A DNA stretch of 64,000 nucleotides, taken from assembly GCA_951406725.2 (NCBI GenBank), contig OX597817.1, forward strand, positions 129,952,001 through 130,016,000, given 5' to 3'. The position numbers and the translations under genes were made by a program. Position 1 is the stretch's first letter. Each line of letters starts with the position of its first letter. The notes beneath the pieces are model-generated. The model saw only the letters and a program-made list of their open reading frames with translations. It was not told the origin of the DNA and ran no database searches. The stretch comes from Octopus vulgaris. Its lineage: Eukaryota. Positions 14,140-28,124 of the stretch are shown piece after piece.

Positions 14140-14403
14140 GCCTTTTTGAAGCCTAGCCAGGCTCATGGGCCCGGTTTCCCGTTTTCTGTGGCACATGTGT
14201 TCCCCCCAGGTTACTCAAGAAACAGGAAGAAAGAGTGGGAGATGGTTGGGGCGAAAGAGTACAACGGGGGTCACCACCACCCCCTGCCGGAGCCCCGTGG
14301 AGCTTTTAGTTGTTTTCGCTCAATAAACACACACAACGCCCGGTCTGGGAATCGAAACCGCGATCCTCCGACCGCTAGTTCGCTGCACCAATCACTGGGC
14401 CAT
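14140..14403 (-). mobile_element. tRNA-derived SINE (tail type 2)
   Basis: Minus-strand head tggcccagtg...ggtttcgattccc contains A/B boxes; tail resembles 38446-38520. Confidence 0.75.
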
Positions 14404-14451
14404 ATATTATATATACATACACACACACACACACATATATATATATGTATG

Positions 14452-14502
<51 letters not shown>

Positions 14503-15625
14503 ATAGATAAATAAGTAGATTGATAGACATTAAATTTCGACTTCGAAACATGAATAAACTACATGTATAACACCGCAACAATCATTATGCGACCATTTGG
14601 AATCGCCTCAATTCCATCCATTTCTAGTATTTCTACCATCATTACTATTGCCATGACCATCCCTACTCATCATATCATTACAATATCTATCTCCACCACC
14701 ACAACCACCACGACTACCACTACCAGAACCACCGCCATTACCACCACCAATAACAAAAATACGTACCAGCGTAATGATCATCACTCTCACCATTACCCCG
14801 CCACCACCACCACCACCACCATGACCACCAAATTAATCTATTTTCCCGTAAATGCCACAAGATGGTAAATGTTTTCTCAAAATATAAATGTCACTCAATT
14901 TAGGTGAAGTTACTGTGGAAGTACAAATGTGCATACACATTTGCATGAATATATATATATATACACACACACATATACATACACACGCGCACACGCACAC
15001 ACACACACATATATGCATACATACATTTCATATCATATATACGTATATTAACATACACACACACAAACATATATTTGTTTACACGTCTGTTTTATGAATA
15101 TTTGCGCTTGTATATTTATATCAATGTGTGAGTGTGTGTGTGTGTGTGTACGCGTGTGTGCGGACTAAATATTTCTTTTTATGTGACGTTATATATAAAA
15201 GCAACTTAACATTAACCTGAAGAATTACTCAAAACTTTGTAATAGAAAGCATTTATTAACTTTTACACAGAAAAAAGATTGACGGTGACTTCGAAGTTTG
15301 GGCTTATGTTTTCTATATGATATTATGTAATAAAAAGGTTAGGGAAAAGTATATTTCTTCTCTAAACAAAGTTCAAGTCAAGATTACAACGTTCAAGTCA
15401 AGACTCTTGTTGTTTTTACACTTTATATGACATAGCAGAGACGACCTGATGCTAGGGTCATGTGACATTGGTGAGTCTGATGTCTACCTAAAAGAAAAAC
15501 AAAAAAAAGCAAAAGCAAAAACAGAAAGACAAACACATTGATGTTTTGGTCAAATTCGTTTAATATTTCGATATAGAATAAATGGAAGAGAAGAAAATAG
15601 AAGAGAAAAAATATCGAGAGGTGAG

Positions 15626-16140
15626 AGAAATGACGTCCCGCTTATGGACGTCTCATCCAGAAAAGACAGAGGCTTAACATCTGGATTAGATATAGGCAAT
15701 GGACAGTATGTTGTACGGATGATTACATCTAGTTGCTTTAAGCGTAGTATTAGTATGCCAGAAACGTGATACGGCGTGACATCAGTTACCCAGGTGACCA
15801 AACTATATCTTATCATCACAATGGACTCCTCCCAAACTTATAGCCAATCTACATATCTCGCCAGTCTTTTCTGGATGAGACATTCACATAGTTGGACGTC
15901 ATTTCTTTCTTGGCTCCTTCTCTAGGCCATGTTTTCTTTCCCCTTCCCTCTTCCCTTTGTTTATTTTTTGGACGCTTTTATATTCACTCTAATGAAGTTC
16001 CATGTACTAGTTCGAATATCCTATGAAGATGAAGAACATTATTTTCGCAATTCTTTTGTAGGCACCGATTGACATTAGAGGCAGAAACGGCCGTAAGAAT
16101 TGTTATGTCATGTTTTGTATTAATAAATAATCTACATATG
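15626..16140 (+). mobile_element. Foldback cassette followed by a degenerate hammerhead (PLE-like)
   Basis: Inverted repeat 15626-15667 / 15864-15906; CTAATGA at 15989 and GAAACGGCCGTA at 16084-16095; aataaa downstream. Confidence 0.55.
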
Positions 16141-16384
16141 TGGTCCAATTGTTTGCTGATTTAAAGTTTTCTCCATTTTCTGATTATCTAAATTTGATTC
16201 CTGATAAACTTTTGTTTATTCTGTTGTTACCTGTACCCTACGAGCATAGTGTGCCTGAATACTCATGCCCAGAGATAACATGGATAACTGATACTGATAG
16301 TAAATACGGATATTTTATCCCCTTAGTCGGTTACTACAACTGTTAAATCTGCTTATCTTATATGTATATATATATATCGCGAGT

Positions 16385-16570
16385 CTGTAATAAGATGCTT
16401 GCTTCTTAACCACATGGTTTCGGGTTCAGCTTCACCGCGTAGAAACTCGGGCAAGTGTCTTCTACCATTGCCTCGAGACATCTGAAGGCCTGCCAGTGAA
16501 TTTGATAGATGGAAACTGAAAGAAGCTTGTCGTATATATATGTTTATGTGTGCGTGTCTTTGTGTCTGTA
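16385..16570 (+). mobile_element. SINE family A, 5' half
   Basis: gcttcttaaccacatggtttcgggttca...ggaaactgaaagaagc. Confidence 0.75.
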
Positions 16571-16629
16571 TTTATATACATGTGTGTGTGTCTGTGTGCA
16601 TGTAATATTTGTAAATAAACCCGAAGGCC

Positions 16630-16859
16630 TTGTAAGTTACGGAGACAGAGCGACTATGGAAGTCTCTTAGTGCAATAATAATTATATAATAATATATCAT
16701 AATAGTAATATATATGCTCCGATTTCAAGCGACAATTTATATATTTAAAATGTCGCTTTAAATCGGAGTATATATATCATTATTATGACATATTATTATA
16801 AAGTTATCATTGATTGTACTGGGAAACTTCCACAGTCGCTCTATCTCTGTAACTTACAA
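16630..16859. repeat. Imperfect 230-bp hairpin
   Basis: Outer arms ttgtaagttacggagacagagcgact / agtcgctctatctctgtaacttacaa; inner arms ctccgatttcaagcgaca / tgtcgctttaaatcggag. Confidence 0.85.
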
Positions 16860-17122
16860 ATATTATATGTAGCATTGGACAGTTAAAGTATATGTTCATA
16901 AAATTTGGCTGATATTGATGGGTGAGCGTTTGGCCCAATCGGATGTGCATGGAGCCGTGTTAGAGATGATATGTGTGCTCGATTCTGGGCTGGTTAGCTC
17001 ATCATTTTTCAGTCAATTGTTTATATTTAAAAATGTCGTTTTAAATCGGAGAATATATTATTATGTTATTATATAGTTATTATCGTTATTATACTTACAT
17101 ACGCACATATATATGTATATAT

Positions 17123-17727
17123 ATCGTAAAATATAACTGCCAACTAAATGTGGTCGTCCCATAGACGGCGATGCTACTGTTGTTTTTAGCCTCAGGAGGA
17201 CATCTCCTCCAGCTGGCTAACGACACACTGCCTGTGTCCGATTAGTATTTGCGAAGAGAAATTGCGAAGGGATATACACAAACCCAGGTTTCTGGGCAGT
17301 AACCCGCCATCGGTGTGTGATAATCACGGGCTAGTGATGAAAACTCATTCCACACGCTAAATACTATATGCTTTTTCCAATGTTAAATTGCCGCTGATCA
17401 CGAAAAAGGAGATATAAGCAATATTAAATCTCTCAGCGAGAAGTAAACAGTAGCAGCAAGGAATCGTAAAATATAATTATCAACTAAATGTGGTGGTCCC
17501 ATAGAGGACGATGCTACTGTTGTTTTCAACCCCAGGATGGGAACGATGATTTCCCCTCGCAAATACTAATCAGACACAGACATTGTGTTGTTAGTCAGCT
17601 GGAGGAGATGTCTGGGGCTAAAAACAACTGTAGCATCGTCCTCTGTGGGAAGGCCACATTTAGTTGGTAATTATATTTTACGATTCCGTACTGCTACTGT
17701 TTATTTCTCGCTCAGAGATTTAATATA
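17123..17727. repeat. Three related copies: two direct and one inverted
   Basis: atcgtaaaatataa..caactaaatgtgg at 17123 and 17463; reverse-complement copy at 17549-17727. Confidence 0.85.
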
Positions 17728-17755
17728 TGCACACACACACACGTACAAACACACA

Positions 17756-17809
<54 letters not shown>

Positions 17810-18172
17810 CACACACACACATTTATATGTATGGTGAGATGCATTATTACATGAGCACATCCACACACCATTGGGTTTTGTCAATCACATCACATAACCA
17901 AAGAGATTTAGAAGATACTCCCAATGCGGAACATAGGTACAAATGTTGGAATAAAACAATTCGAGGCCGATTAATGCTACCGAATTCTCATTAATCACTT
18001 ATGGGTGTTCTCTTTAGCATTCACTTATTAGACATGTGATATTCATGTCAGACGAACATTTTTCACCCTAAAAGCTGGTTGGTTATTGGGTGTTTGCTGA
18101 GTTTTTGCTTTGTTACTTGTTTCTTTGTTTCCTGTTGTAGCGCACAATATCCGGCCTGTTGCATTTGAACCT

Positions 18173-18204
<32 letters not shown>

Positions 18205-18328
18205 TGTATGTATGTATGTATGTATGTATGTATGTATGGGTGTGTGTATGTATATATGTATATTTAAATATATGTATATCTCTCTCTATATATGTGTGTG
18301 CATATATGTATATACATACATATATATA

Positions 18329-18370
<42 letters not shown>

Positions 18371-18460
18371 TAGAGAGAGAGAGAGAGAGATGGAAAGACA
18401 AATAAATACATACATACACACACTGACATATATATATGTATATACATACTTACACACTTG

Positions 18461-18497
<37 letters not shown>

Positions 18498-19189
18498 CTA
18501 TATATACATAGATACACACCACACTCACACACGCACATATACATATATACATACACATACACATTATAAGTACATAATTATATGCGTGTGCGTATAAAGA
18601 GAAACGCAAACACTATACATGTATGTATGTGTGTATGTATGAATACACACACACAAACATATGTTGCACATATATTCACATGTATACTTATGTATTTTAT
18701 GTATGTGTGTGTATGTAAATATATGTGTATGTATTTGTGTGCGTGTATGTGTGTTTACATACGCACACATGTTTACACATGCGTACGCACACAACTGTTT
18801 TTATGCAAACAATAATATGACCTTTTCTCTTACGTTGCCTTCTTGTTTGGATGCAAATATTATTTACAGTATCAATAACATATAGATACACTCTTTATAT
18901 ACACACGAATAAGTACACATAGGAAGATATGTTCCCAACAATATGCACTCAAAGGCCATACAGAACTGTCGCAAATATACAAAAGCTCATGTAGGCATAA
19001 ATATATATGTATATACCTAAATAAGCTCCATATACAAGGATGCGCGTGAAACATTGTATCCAAAAGGTTTTTAAACCGATCTTTTGCATACTACTATTTA
19101 TAACTTTGTCCACTTCGAGTTCTTCAGTTGAAAAACAATTATTTTAGATTCTTCCGAAATTTCTATATTTTTATAACCTAATAAATATC

Positions 19190-20010
19190 CTAATAAAACA
19201 GGCGACAACTGATGAAGGGAATGTTCTTTATGTTGCATGTCTCGTTTCTCTGTTTGTTTTTTACGTTGTTCGAAAAAAGTTCGTTTTCTATGTTTTTGTT
19301 TTTATGTTCTCATTTCTCATTGTGCCTACGTTTTTTTTCTTTTTTGATGTCCACATATGCATGTATATATACATATATATGTAGGTATGTACATGTATGT
19401 ATATATGCAAATATTTATATATTATTTATATTATTATGTGATCGAACGCCACGCATCCTTTTTCCAAGTAAGTTTTATCTTAATAATTACGATGCGCACT
19501 CTTATAGTGAGAACAGACAAGAAGGGCTGCTAAGTCTAAACGAGGTTGTGGTGGCGTGGCCCCCACATGACCATCGGCTATTCTCCCAGCTTGTGTTTCT
19601 TTCTTTCTTCCTATTTCAGCTGAACAGGGAAGACGTAATGTTCTCTGTCTCCTGCCCACACTTATTTCTTCGCGTTTTCCACAACAACCTCGTTTAGGCT
19701 TTGCAACCCTTCCTGTCTGTTTTCACTGTCCTGTTTTTGTCATCAATCTTGACCCTTCGCAAGATCGCAAAGTTTATTTAATTTGCTTTGCGGGAGCAAC
19801 TGTTTTATCGAAGGCGTATCTTGTCATGAATCGCTCGAAATACTGACTAGAAAAACAGCCGACAACTGATGAAGGATCGTTCCTTGTGTTGCTTGTTTTA
19901 TTTTCCATTTGTTTCTTTCGTTGCTTGCAAAAAATCCTTATTCCATGTCCTCGTACTTCATATTTTTTGTTGTTTCTGTTTTGTGATGTCCTGTCCCAAC
20001 ATATGTATTC
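19190..20010 (+). mobile_element. Two further copies of the 9149-type terminus, one with its own inverted repeat
   Basis: gacaactgatgaagg at about 19204 and 19861; inverted repeat about 19506-19551 / 19681-19728. Confidence 0.6.
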
Positions 20011-21360
20011 TGCATTCTGAAATATTTGTAACCTGCATTAAAAGAAAAGAAATCTTACTCTCTTTTCCTTCCCCCATTTTGTTTAAAATGGGTAAGAAAA
20101 GACCAAATAAACATGGCCTTCCAGTTCTCCAGAATTAAATTTGAAAAAGGAGTCATACGCATACACACTAACATTCATCCTTAGACATCAGAACTGCTAC
20201 AAAATTTAAAGTATCTTGGTCAAATGAAAGAAGGATTATAGAAAAATAGCACATAACATGAAGTTAATGAGACTCATCACAAGTGAATGTGTGAAAAATG
20301 AAATTTGAATTTTGATAAGTGCATCTATAAAGCTACATTTTCAGTCATTTATTAAAACTTTCTCTACTAACTCATCAGTTACATGAAATATATGGGTTTT
20401 GAGACTTAAATTTGGTAATTTTCCAAGATTTTAATTCTTGTGTATAAGGGGTCCACCGAACTTGAAATGCCCTGGGTCTCCCATGGTTTAAATCCGTCCT
20501 GTGCGTAAATGATTTTTTTTTTTACCGTAATTGATGATTTTTTTCGTAATTAAACGTTATTTCTGATTATATTATTACTAGGATTTCATTAAACATTACT
20601 ACCATCATTTGAAACTTGTTATTCATCACGCTTGTATCATTTACACTTGTGCAATTTAATGAGCAACATTTCACATCCTGATGATCAGACTTAGTTGACC
20701 AGAAATTTTGTTGATGACGTGTTTAGGAGCTCATGCATGACTCATGCATATGAAAATATGAAAATCCTTCTAATTAATTAATCTAAATTTAGAACAGACG
20801 GATTTTCAGTACAATATGTCCTAAAGAAAAGCTGCTCTCTATGTATATGGACATGTGCGAGTGTGCGAACGCGTATATGAAAACAAAATTCACACAAGTT
20901 AAAATTTGAGCATAATCATGTTTTCTATACGCGCACTCGCGCGCGTTCAAGCGTACACACGCACGCTCGCACAAACGCACACACACACACACGCACACAC
21001 ACGCACACACACGCACACACAATTTTCAAGTTTAACTCTACATACTTTCTATTGAATTCCGAGCCAGCACTAACAGTTAAGATATTTCGTAAACGATTGA
21101 AGACGTATATTTCGAAAGTTATTCCTCTTTCATCCACACTACAACCAACCCATCAACTATCCACGAAAGCATTGCAAACGTATTCGTATGCAAAACCTTG
21201 TAACTTCAGCTCTGGGTCTGAATTCTATAGATAGTTTGTGGAGATAAACTTAAAAATGAGAACATCGCACTGATAACAAAGAGTGAGACAATATTGACAT
21301 GTAAACCTTTAATATACTTGGTAGTATATCATAATTGCAAAACTAAATACTGTGTCCTTG

Positions 21361-21422
<62 letters not shown>

Positions 21423-21641
21423 GCATATATATATATATACATATATACATACATACATACATACATACATACATAAATACATACATACACATACATACAT
21501 ACATACATATATAAAGCAAATAAGTAACAAATATGTCCAGGTAACAATGCATTACGGCCGTTTCAAGCGGCTCTATTCAATCGATCAATGAAAATATAAC
21601 ATCAATTTGAAATAAACCAAATAAACTGAATCTTAATTATT

Positions 21642-21699
<58 letters not shown>

Positions 21700-21929
21700 C
21701 TTAACACACATGTATTTATATAAGAGCTACTAATAATTTTCTTGACATGGAAACGCGATAATTCAGTAGATTGATACAGCGTGCACAGTATCTCAAAGCA
21801 ATCTTTCAGGCTCAATGCACATGGTTAGTGCTATTTGTAAGCCAGGACGCTAGTTATGAAAAAGCAAGAAAAAAAGCGAGATGAGTGTTGAGTAAACGGA
21901 ATACACATGTGCGCGCGCGCAGGTATACA

Positions 21930-21961
<32 letters not shown>

Positions 21962-22254
21962 CATACATACATACATACATACATACATACATACATACAT
22001 ACATACATACATACATGCATACATACATAAACACACGTAAATACATTCGCTTGATTTCTTCCAAAGAATCTAGGGCTCAGGTTAGATTTTCTTGGGGCCG
22101 GCCAGATTAGAGCAGTCTCGAGAGTAACCGGCTAAAACTGCAAAGACGATTTGGTACTTGGCTGAAGATTGAAAGCTCCGAATGACAAGTCCTTGTTTTT
22201 TCCTGTCCTTTTTTGTATCGTCTAACTGTCCGAACGTTTTGTTGTCACCTGTTT

Positions 22255-22293
<39 letters not shown>

Positions 22294-22324
22294 CAAAATA
22301 AGCAACAAGGATATCCGGAGGTAT

Positions 22325-22410
22325 TGCAGTACGATCGCTTCAAGCAACTCCATTTGATTGAACAATGCAATCATTACATCAACTTAAATGCAGAGCAACT
22401 CTCAGCTGCA
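22325..22410 (-). ncRNA. Degenerate hammerhead in a PLE-like terminus
   Basis: Minus strand: tgcag-CTGAGA...GAAGCGATCGTA-ctgca. A related truncated copy at 21512-21610 has GAAACGGCCGTA. Confidence 0.45.
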
Positions 22411-22709
22411 TAAAGACAATAAAGACATAGAATTTAATTAAATTAAAACAGATGGACACATTAGTATAATTTTACCTAAAATCTCCAAGAAGGTAAGGAG
22501 ATCGCAAAGAACATGCTGTCTTCACTTCAGCTTAGAAGCTACAAAGGAAGTAAGACTTGTTACTTATTTTGATTTTATTCATCTTATTTTGAAATTGTAT
22601 GGATAATACCGTACTAAATTCTGGTGCCTCAACTTAAGTACCATATTCATCTGAATCTAAATTTTTGCTAAACTCGTCTACCTTACCCACACGATATATA
22701 CATACATAC

Positions 22710-22768
<59 letters not shown>

Positions 22769-22999
22769 CACACACGCGTATGTATGTATATATGTATGTA
22801 TGTGCGTATGAATGTATGTATGTATGTATGTATGTATGTATGTATGTATGTATGTATGTATGTATGTACATACATGTAGTAAATGAGAGAGGGTCCAGGA
22901 AACCTGATAGCTACTTCTGGCAGTGCATAACGAACACTGATTATCCGAGTGTGTAGGAAGGCAAACATTTCTCTAGTGTTATCATTAGTCTCACACAAT

Positions 23000-23325
23000 C
23001 TTAAAATCCAGAAAGTTACCTTCAGTGACCGAGCATATTTACCAGATATTGCTCCTTCGGATTTCCACTTATTCGGGTCTCTGCAGAATAGTCTTAATGG
23101 TAAAAATGTCAATTCCTTGGATGACATAAAATGATACCTTCATGAATTCTTTGCCATGAAACCACCTCAATCTTGGGAAGAGGGTATTTTCAAGTTAAAG
23201 GAAAGATGGGGACGCATTGTGTAACAAAATGGTTCATATTTGCTTGATTAAAAATGTAATGGCACGTATTTATTGACCTTTTTCTTTCCTTTAAAAATCG
23301 GCACGAACTTTCCGGACAACCCAAC
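23000..23325 (+). mobile_element. Mariner 3' fragment with TIR
   Basis: [24 protein letters not shown]; TIR cacgaactttccggacaacccaa. Confidence 0.9.
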
Positions 23326-24028
23326 AATACATTTATTCCACGTTTTACAAGTCCTTCATTTACGTATCAGTGGTAAGTCATATAAGGGGCATGAAGATAT
23401 GGAAGAGGGAAATGATATTGTCATATCGATTATATAATTCATATTATATAATTGTTGACCTACAGTCATTTAGACATAACGCTTGTGAATAAATAAATGC
23501 AATTACTCAGTGAATGTGTTTACTTGTATAAGGCTATCGGGGTGACTTGTCTAGAAGTGATTAATTTGATTAAGTGATTCAGTAAGGAGTTCATTTTACA
23601 AGTGTCAACGAAGAAGAAACAGATCGGCACTTTAATTGTGTTTCTTAACGATATCATTTTACAAGTTCCATTCATAAATAAATTCATAAACTCCAACATT
23701 TGTCAAATCTAAACGGTAGTGCATCGTAAAATTGTCTTACTAAAACACCGACGCCATTAAACATTAATTAAGAAATGACCCGGCTCGACTGGGTCCTAAT
23801 ACACATACACACATACACGCACGTATATATCCACCCACACTCACCTCCCTCCATCTATACATTACACTTCCCTCCAACCCTCACTGACACACAACCTTCA
23901 CTTATACATACAAACACATGCACACGCACACATCTATCATTTGTTAAACACATACGAAGGTATATACACTGGCACCTTCATACACACACATTTACACTGG
24001 GAAAATGTTTTTAGTTCGTAGTTTTGAA

Positions 24029-24083
<55 letters not shown>

Positions 24084-25200
24084 ATCGGTCCCTCTTTCTC
24101 ACTCGCTCCCTATATCTCTCTCTTCTACTCGTCGCTCAACTGCTCGACCACACCTGACTTTATAACCACATACGCGATTCCTTACCTGTGCATTATCTCT
24201 TCTTTCAAAAAAGAATACTTCTGTTCTTCTCTCTTTTATTCTGTCAACCATTCTCCTTCGTTCAAATGAGTTTCACCTTCATGTATTTTTATCATTTTCT
24301 CGCAATTTTACCACCATCTTAAGTTTTACCGCCTCGAATTTTATATTATTATCTTAACTCGTTTTAACATATCGATCTATGTTTCCTTTTCGCACGCCAC
24401 TAAATACATTTCACTGTAATGATGTGTTTTTGTTTACGCACACGCACACTCTGAAATAACTCGTTCGCCTTGGCACACACGTTCACCTTTCCGCAAAATT
24501 TAGTTCACACACACACATGCACACACACACACACCATTCAGCAGTTATATACACCACACCGACCAATATAACTACCACTAATCAACACCACTAAATGTAT
24601 AAAATTACACACATCTGTGCACATTCATACACCTTACCAACAAGCGCTTATACCATTCCATCTTCCAGGCACACAAGCACTCTGAAACATGCAGCTATAT
24701 ACCTAAGCCAACTCCCTTCTTGTCTCCATGAAACAGTATTCCGGCTTTTAGCTTCTCACCTTCCCCTTGCACTCCTGATAAAATTTTTATAATACATTTT
24801 ACTATTTTGCTGTTTAAAAGTTTATTCATTTTTTTGGGAGTGGGGGCGGTTTCAGATTCTCTATGTTTTTCTTTCCGCTTCTTTCCTCCTTCCTGAAAAA
24901 GGACTAATGACCCAATCGTTAAGACTCTCCATACTCTTTTCAACTTCTCAAGCGTTAAACTAATAACCTGTTAGTTGTTCTTTTTTTTCTTTTTTCGTTC
25001 CAAATTTTTAATGCTTTTTTTTTTGCTACATGATATACATGTGTATGCTCTGTGAGTGCATATGTGTCAATATGTATACATAAAATGCTACATGCATACA
25101 CACACACATACATACATGCATACATACATACATACATACATACATACATACATACATACATACATACATACATACATACATACATACATACATACATACA

Positions 25201-25232
<32 letters not shown>

Positions 25233-25264
25233 CACATGCAGGAACCAACACGAAAACGGAAACT

Positions 25265-25306
25265 GTCGCTGAAGAGGTCAAAGATGTGTGACGAAAGATT
25301 TCCGGC
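25265..25306 (+). ncRNA. Minimal type I hammerhead motif
   Basis: gtcg-CTGAAGA-g-gtca(aagatgtg)tgac-GAAA-gatt-TC-cggc: stems I and II pair, UUC cleavage site, aataaa about 20 nt downstream. Confidence 0.65.
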
Positions 25307-25427
25307 CAATGGACATGAGTTCGAATAAAAACAGTACTAAACGAGTAAAGAACGCATGTATAGTGCGTGTGTTTATTTAGCAAAAAAAAAAAATCATCCC
25401 GAAATACAATATATATATATATATATA

Positions 25428-25816
25428 TTCTTTTATTTGTTTCAGTCATTTGACTGCGGTCATGCTGGAGCACCGCCTTTAGTCGAACAAATCGACCCCA
25501 GGACTTATTCTTTGTAAGTCTAGTACTTATCCTATCGGTCTCCCCGTCGTACCCCTAAGTTACGGGGACGTAAACACACCAGTATTGGTGATCAAGCGAT
25601 GTTGGGGGGACAAACGCAAACACACACATACACACACACACACACACACATATACGACGGCTTCTTTCAGTCTCCGTCGACCAAATTCACTCATAAGACT
25701 TTGGTCGTACCGAGGCTATAGTAGAAGACACTTGCCCAAGATTCCACGCAGTGGGACTGAACCCAGAACCATGTGGTTGGTAAGCAAGCCTCTTACCACA
25801 CAGCCATGCCTGCGCC
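25428..25816 (-). mobile_element. SINE family A, full length
   Basis: Reverse complement of 33703-34130. Confidence 0.9.
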
Positions 25817-25822
25817 TATATA

Positions 25823-27086
25823 TTAGGTTGTCAAGAAAGTTCTTGTTGAATTTTAAATTTTCGTTTTAAATTATGTATTTTCAAATTAATTTTCGTTAAA
25901 TTACTTTGACTTTATACATCATTTTTATGCCCGTTTTTCGCTCTATCCTATCGTATTATTCTTTTTCTTTTTGAATAATTAGACCATTTTTTTCAGAACG
26001 TTGAATACAACATGGACAAAAAGCAAATTCGCACAATTTTCTCATTCCAGTTCAAGCTAGGTCTTAAAGCTGCTGAAAAAGCTCGCAATATCAACGATGC
26101 GTTTGGCCACCATTGTGCTGTGCGTTCATTAGAACGCACAGCACAATGGTGGTTCAAGAAATTTCGTAGCGGTGACGAGAGTTTGGAAGATGATAAGCGT
26201 AGTGGTCGGCAATTGGATGTTGACAACGATCAATTAAGAGCCTTAGTCGAAGCCAATCCCCGCACTACTGTTCGAGAGCTTGCTTCTGGATTAGCTATAA
26301 CGTATACGACAATTTCCAACCACTTGAAAGAGATTGGAAAAGCAAAAATACTTGAGAAATGGGTGCCGCATGAATTGAACGACAACCAAAAAAAAACAAT
26401 AAAAAACGCCGTTTTGAAGTGTCGTCTTCCCTTCTTTTACGCAACAAGAATGACCTGTTTCACCGACCGGATTGTGACTTGCACTGAAAAATGGATTGTT
26501 TACGACAACCGGTGACACTCAGCTCAGTGGTTGGACGCCGACAACGCTCCACAGTACTTCCCGAAGCCAAAGTTGCACCAAAAGAAGGTCATGGTGACTG
26601 TTTGGTGGTCTGCGGCCGGTCTCATTATGGCGGAGAAGCACTGTCCGCAAATGGATGAAATGCATAAGAAACTCCGACAACATTGGTCAATAGAAAAGGA
26701 CCAATTCCTCTCCACCACAACGCTCGACCGCCCGCCGCACAACTGACCCTGCAGAAGTTGAGCGAATTGAGCTACGAAACTCTGCCTCATCCGCCATACT
26801 CACCAGAACTCTCGCCTACCGACTACCACTTTTTCAAGCATTTCGACAACGTCCTGTGTGAGAAATGCTTCAAAAACCAAGACGATGCCAAACACGCCTT
26901 CAATGACTTCATCGCCACCAGAACACAGAATTTATACGCCAATGGCATAAATAAACTTGTTTCGCGTTGGCAAAAGTGTGTTGATTCTGATGGTGTTTAC
27001 TTCAATTAATAAAGTTTTGTTTGAGCCGAGATATGTGCATCTGAATTTAAAGGTTAAAAACCGCAAGAACTTTCTTGACAACCTAA
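25823..27086 (+). mobile_element. Near full-length mariner (D,D34D), inactive
   Basis: TIRs ttaggttgtcaagaaagttcttg / caagaactttcttgacaacctaa with TA on both sides; WVPHEL and YSPELSPTDY motifs. Confidence 0.97.
26012..27009 (+). pseudogene. Mariner transposase pseudogene
   Basis: Three ORF pieces (26012, 26531, 26683) with frameshifts, a stop and an internal deletion; first two catalytic Asp positions altered (VTCTEKW, HHNARP). Confidence 0.95.
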
Positions 27087-27105
27087 TATATATATATATA
27101 CACGT

Positions 27106-27167
<62 letters not shown>

Positions 27168-27852
27168 TCAAAGACACTGATGCATCTATTTATCTGACGT
27201 ATCTCCAAGCATCTAAATTAAAATGACACACACACAGTGTGTGTGTGTGTGTGTGCACGTGTGTCCGTGCGTGCTGTAAAACATTTATAAACAAGAAATC
27301 TCTAAGCAAGGATTACCCCCTTACTGGAATTAGAATTCCTCCACGCAATTTGAATCTATGGTATAATATATACAACAAAACCAACATAAACCAGAAAACT
27401 CCTGGAGAACTAGAATTTCAACGAATAACTTACACGCGCACACGCACACGCACACATACACATGCATGTACATATATACACACGTTCATACACAATTGTA
27501 TAACACGTTATTCGAATTTCTTCTCATACTAAGTGCATAAACATATTTTTGCGTGTTCGTACACACAATGAGATTAACGATAATACATATTCATACTCTG
27601 ATATATATGTATTCAGACATGCATTTGCATACACACGCATACAAACACATGCGAACATACGCATACACGCATGCAAATGTACGCATAAACATATAAACAT
27701 ATACATATATGTGCTCATACATTTACATTCCCACACGTTAACCTATACACACATACGGATTTAATAACATACGGATAATAGAAAATTATTATTGATATCC
27801 ATTATAAATATGAAACCATAGTTTCCCATTATTAACTGAATAAAGGGGAGAT

Positions 27853-28024
27853 CAGTGGTTCTCAACCGCGGCTCCCAGGGCCGCTTGTGGCCTTCAAGCA
27901 TTCTTCATGTGGTCCTCGACGGTCTTCTTTAATTGGCTTGTGTTTTACTTTTTCGGGTGCGGGCCCCCTAAAATATTCCAGGTTTTGAATCTGGCCCGGA
28001 TATTAAAACGGCTGAGAACCTCTA
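27853..28024. mobile_element. hAT-Charlie-like MITE
   Basis: TIRs cagtggttctcaacc / ggctgagaacctcta; internal GC-rich ggcc motifs; no target-site duplication evident. Confidence 0.65.
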
Positions 28025-28124
28025 GGATAAACTCAGGTGGAGAAGTGTGGGGTGAAATTCCTGCAGTATTGAGTTATGGTCTTTTTACTTGCTGAATTCA
28101 AATTCCGTCGCGATCAACTTTCGT

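Noticed and set aside
20440-20501. hAT-like terminus taaatccgtcctg
   Set aside because: Only one end seen; no partner TIR or target-site duplication.
24888-24925. Further hammerhead in a 1061-family relic
   Set aside because: Both core boxes are too mutated to call.
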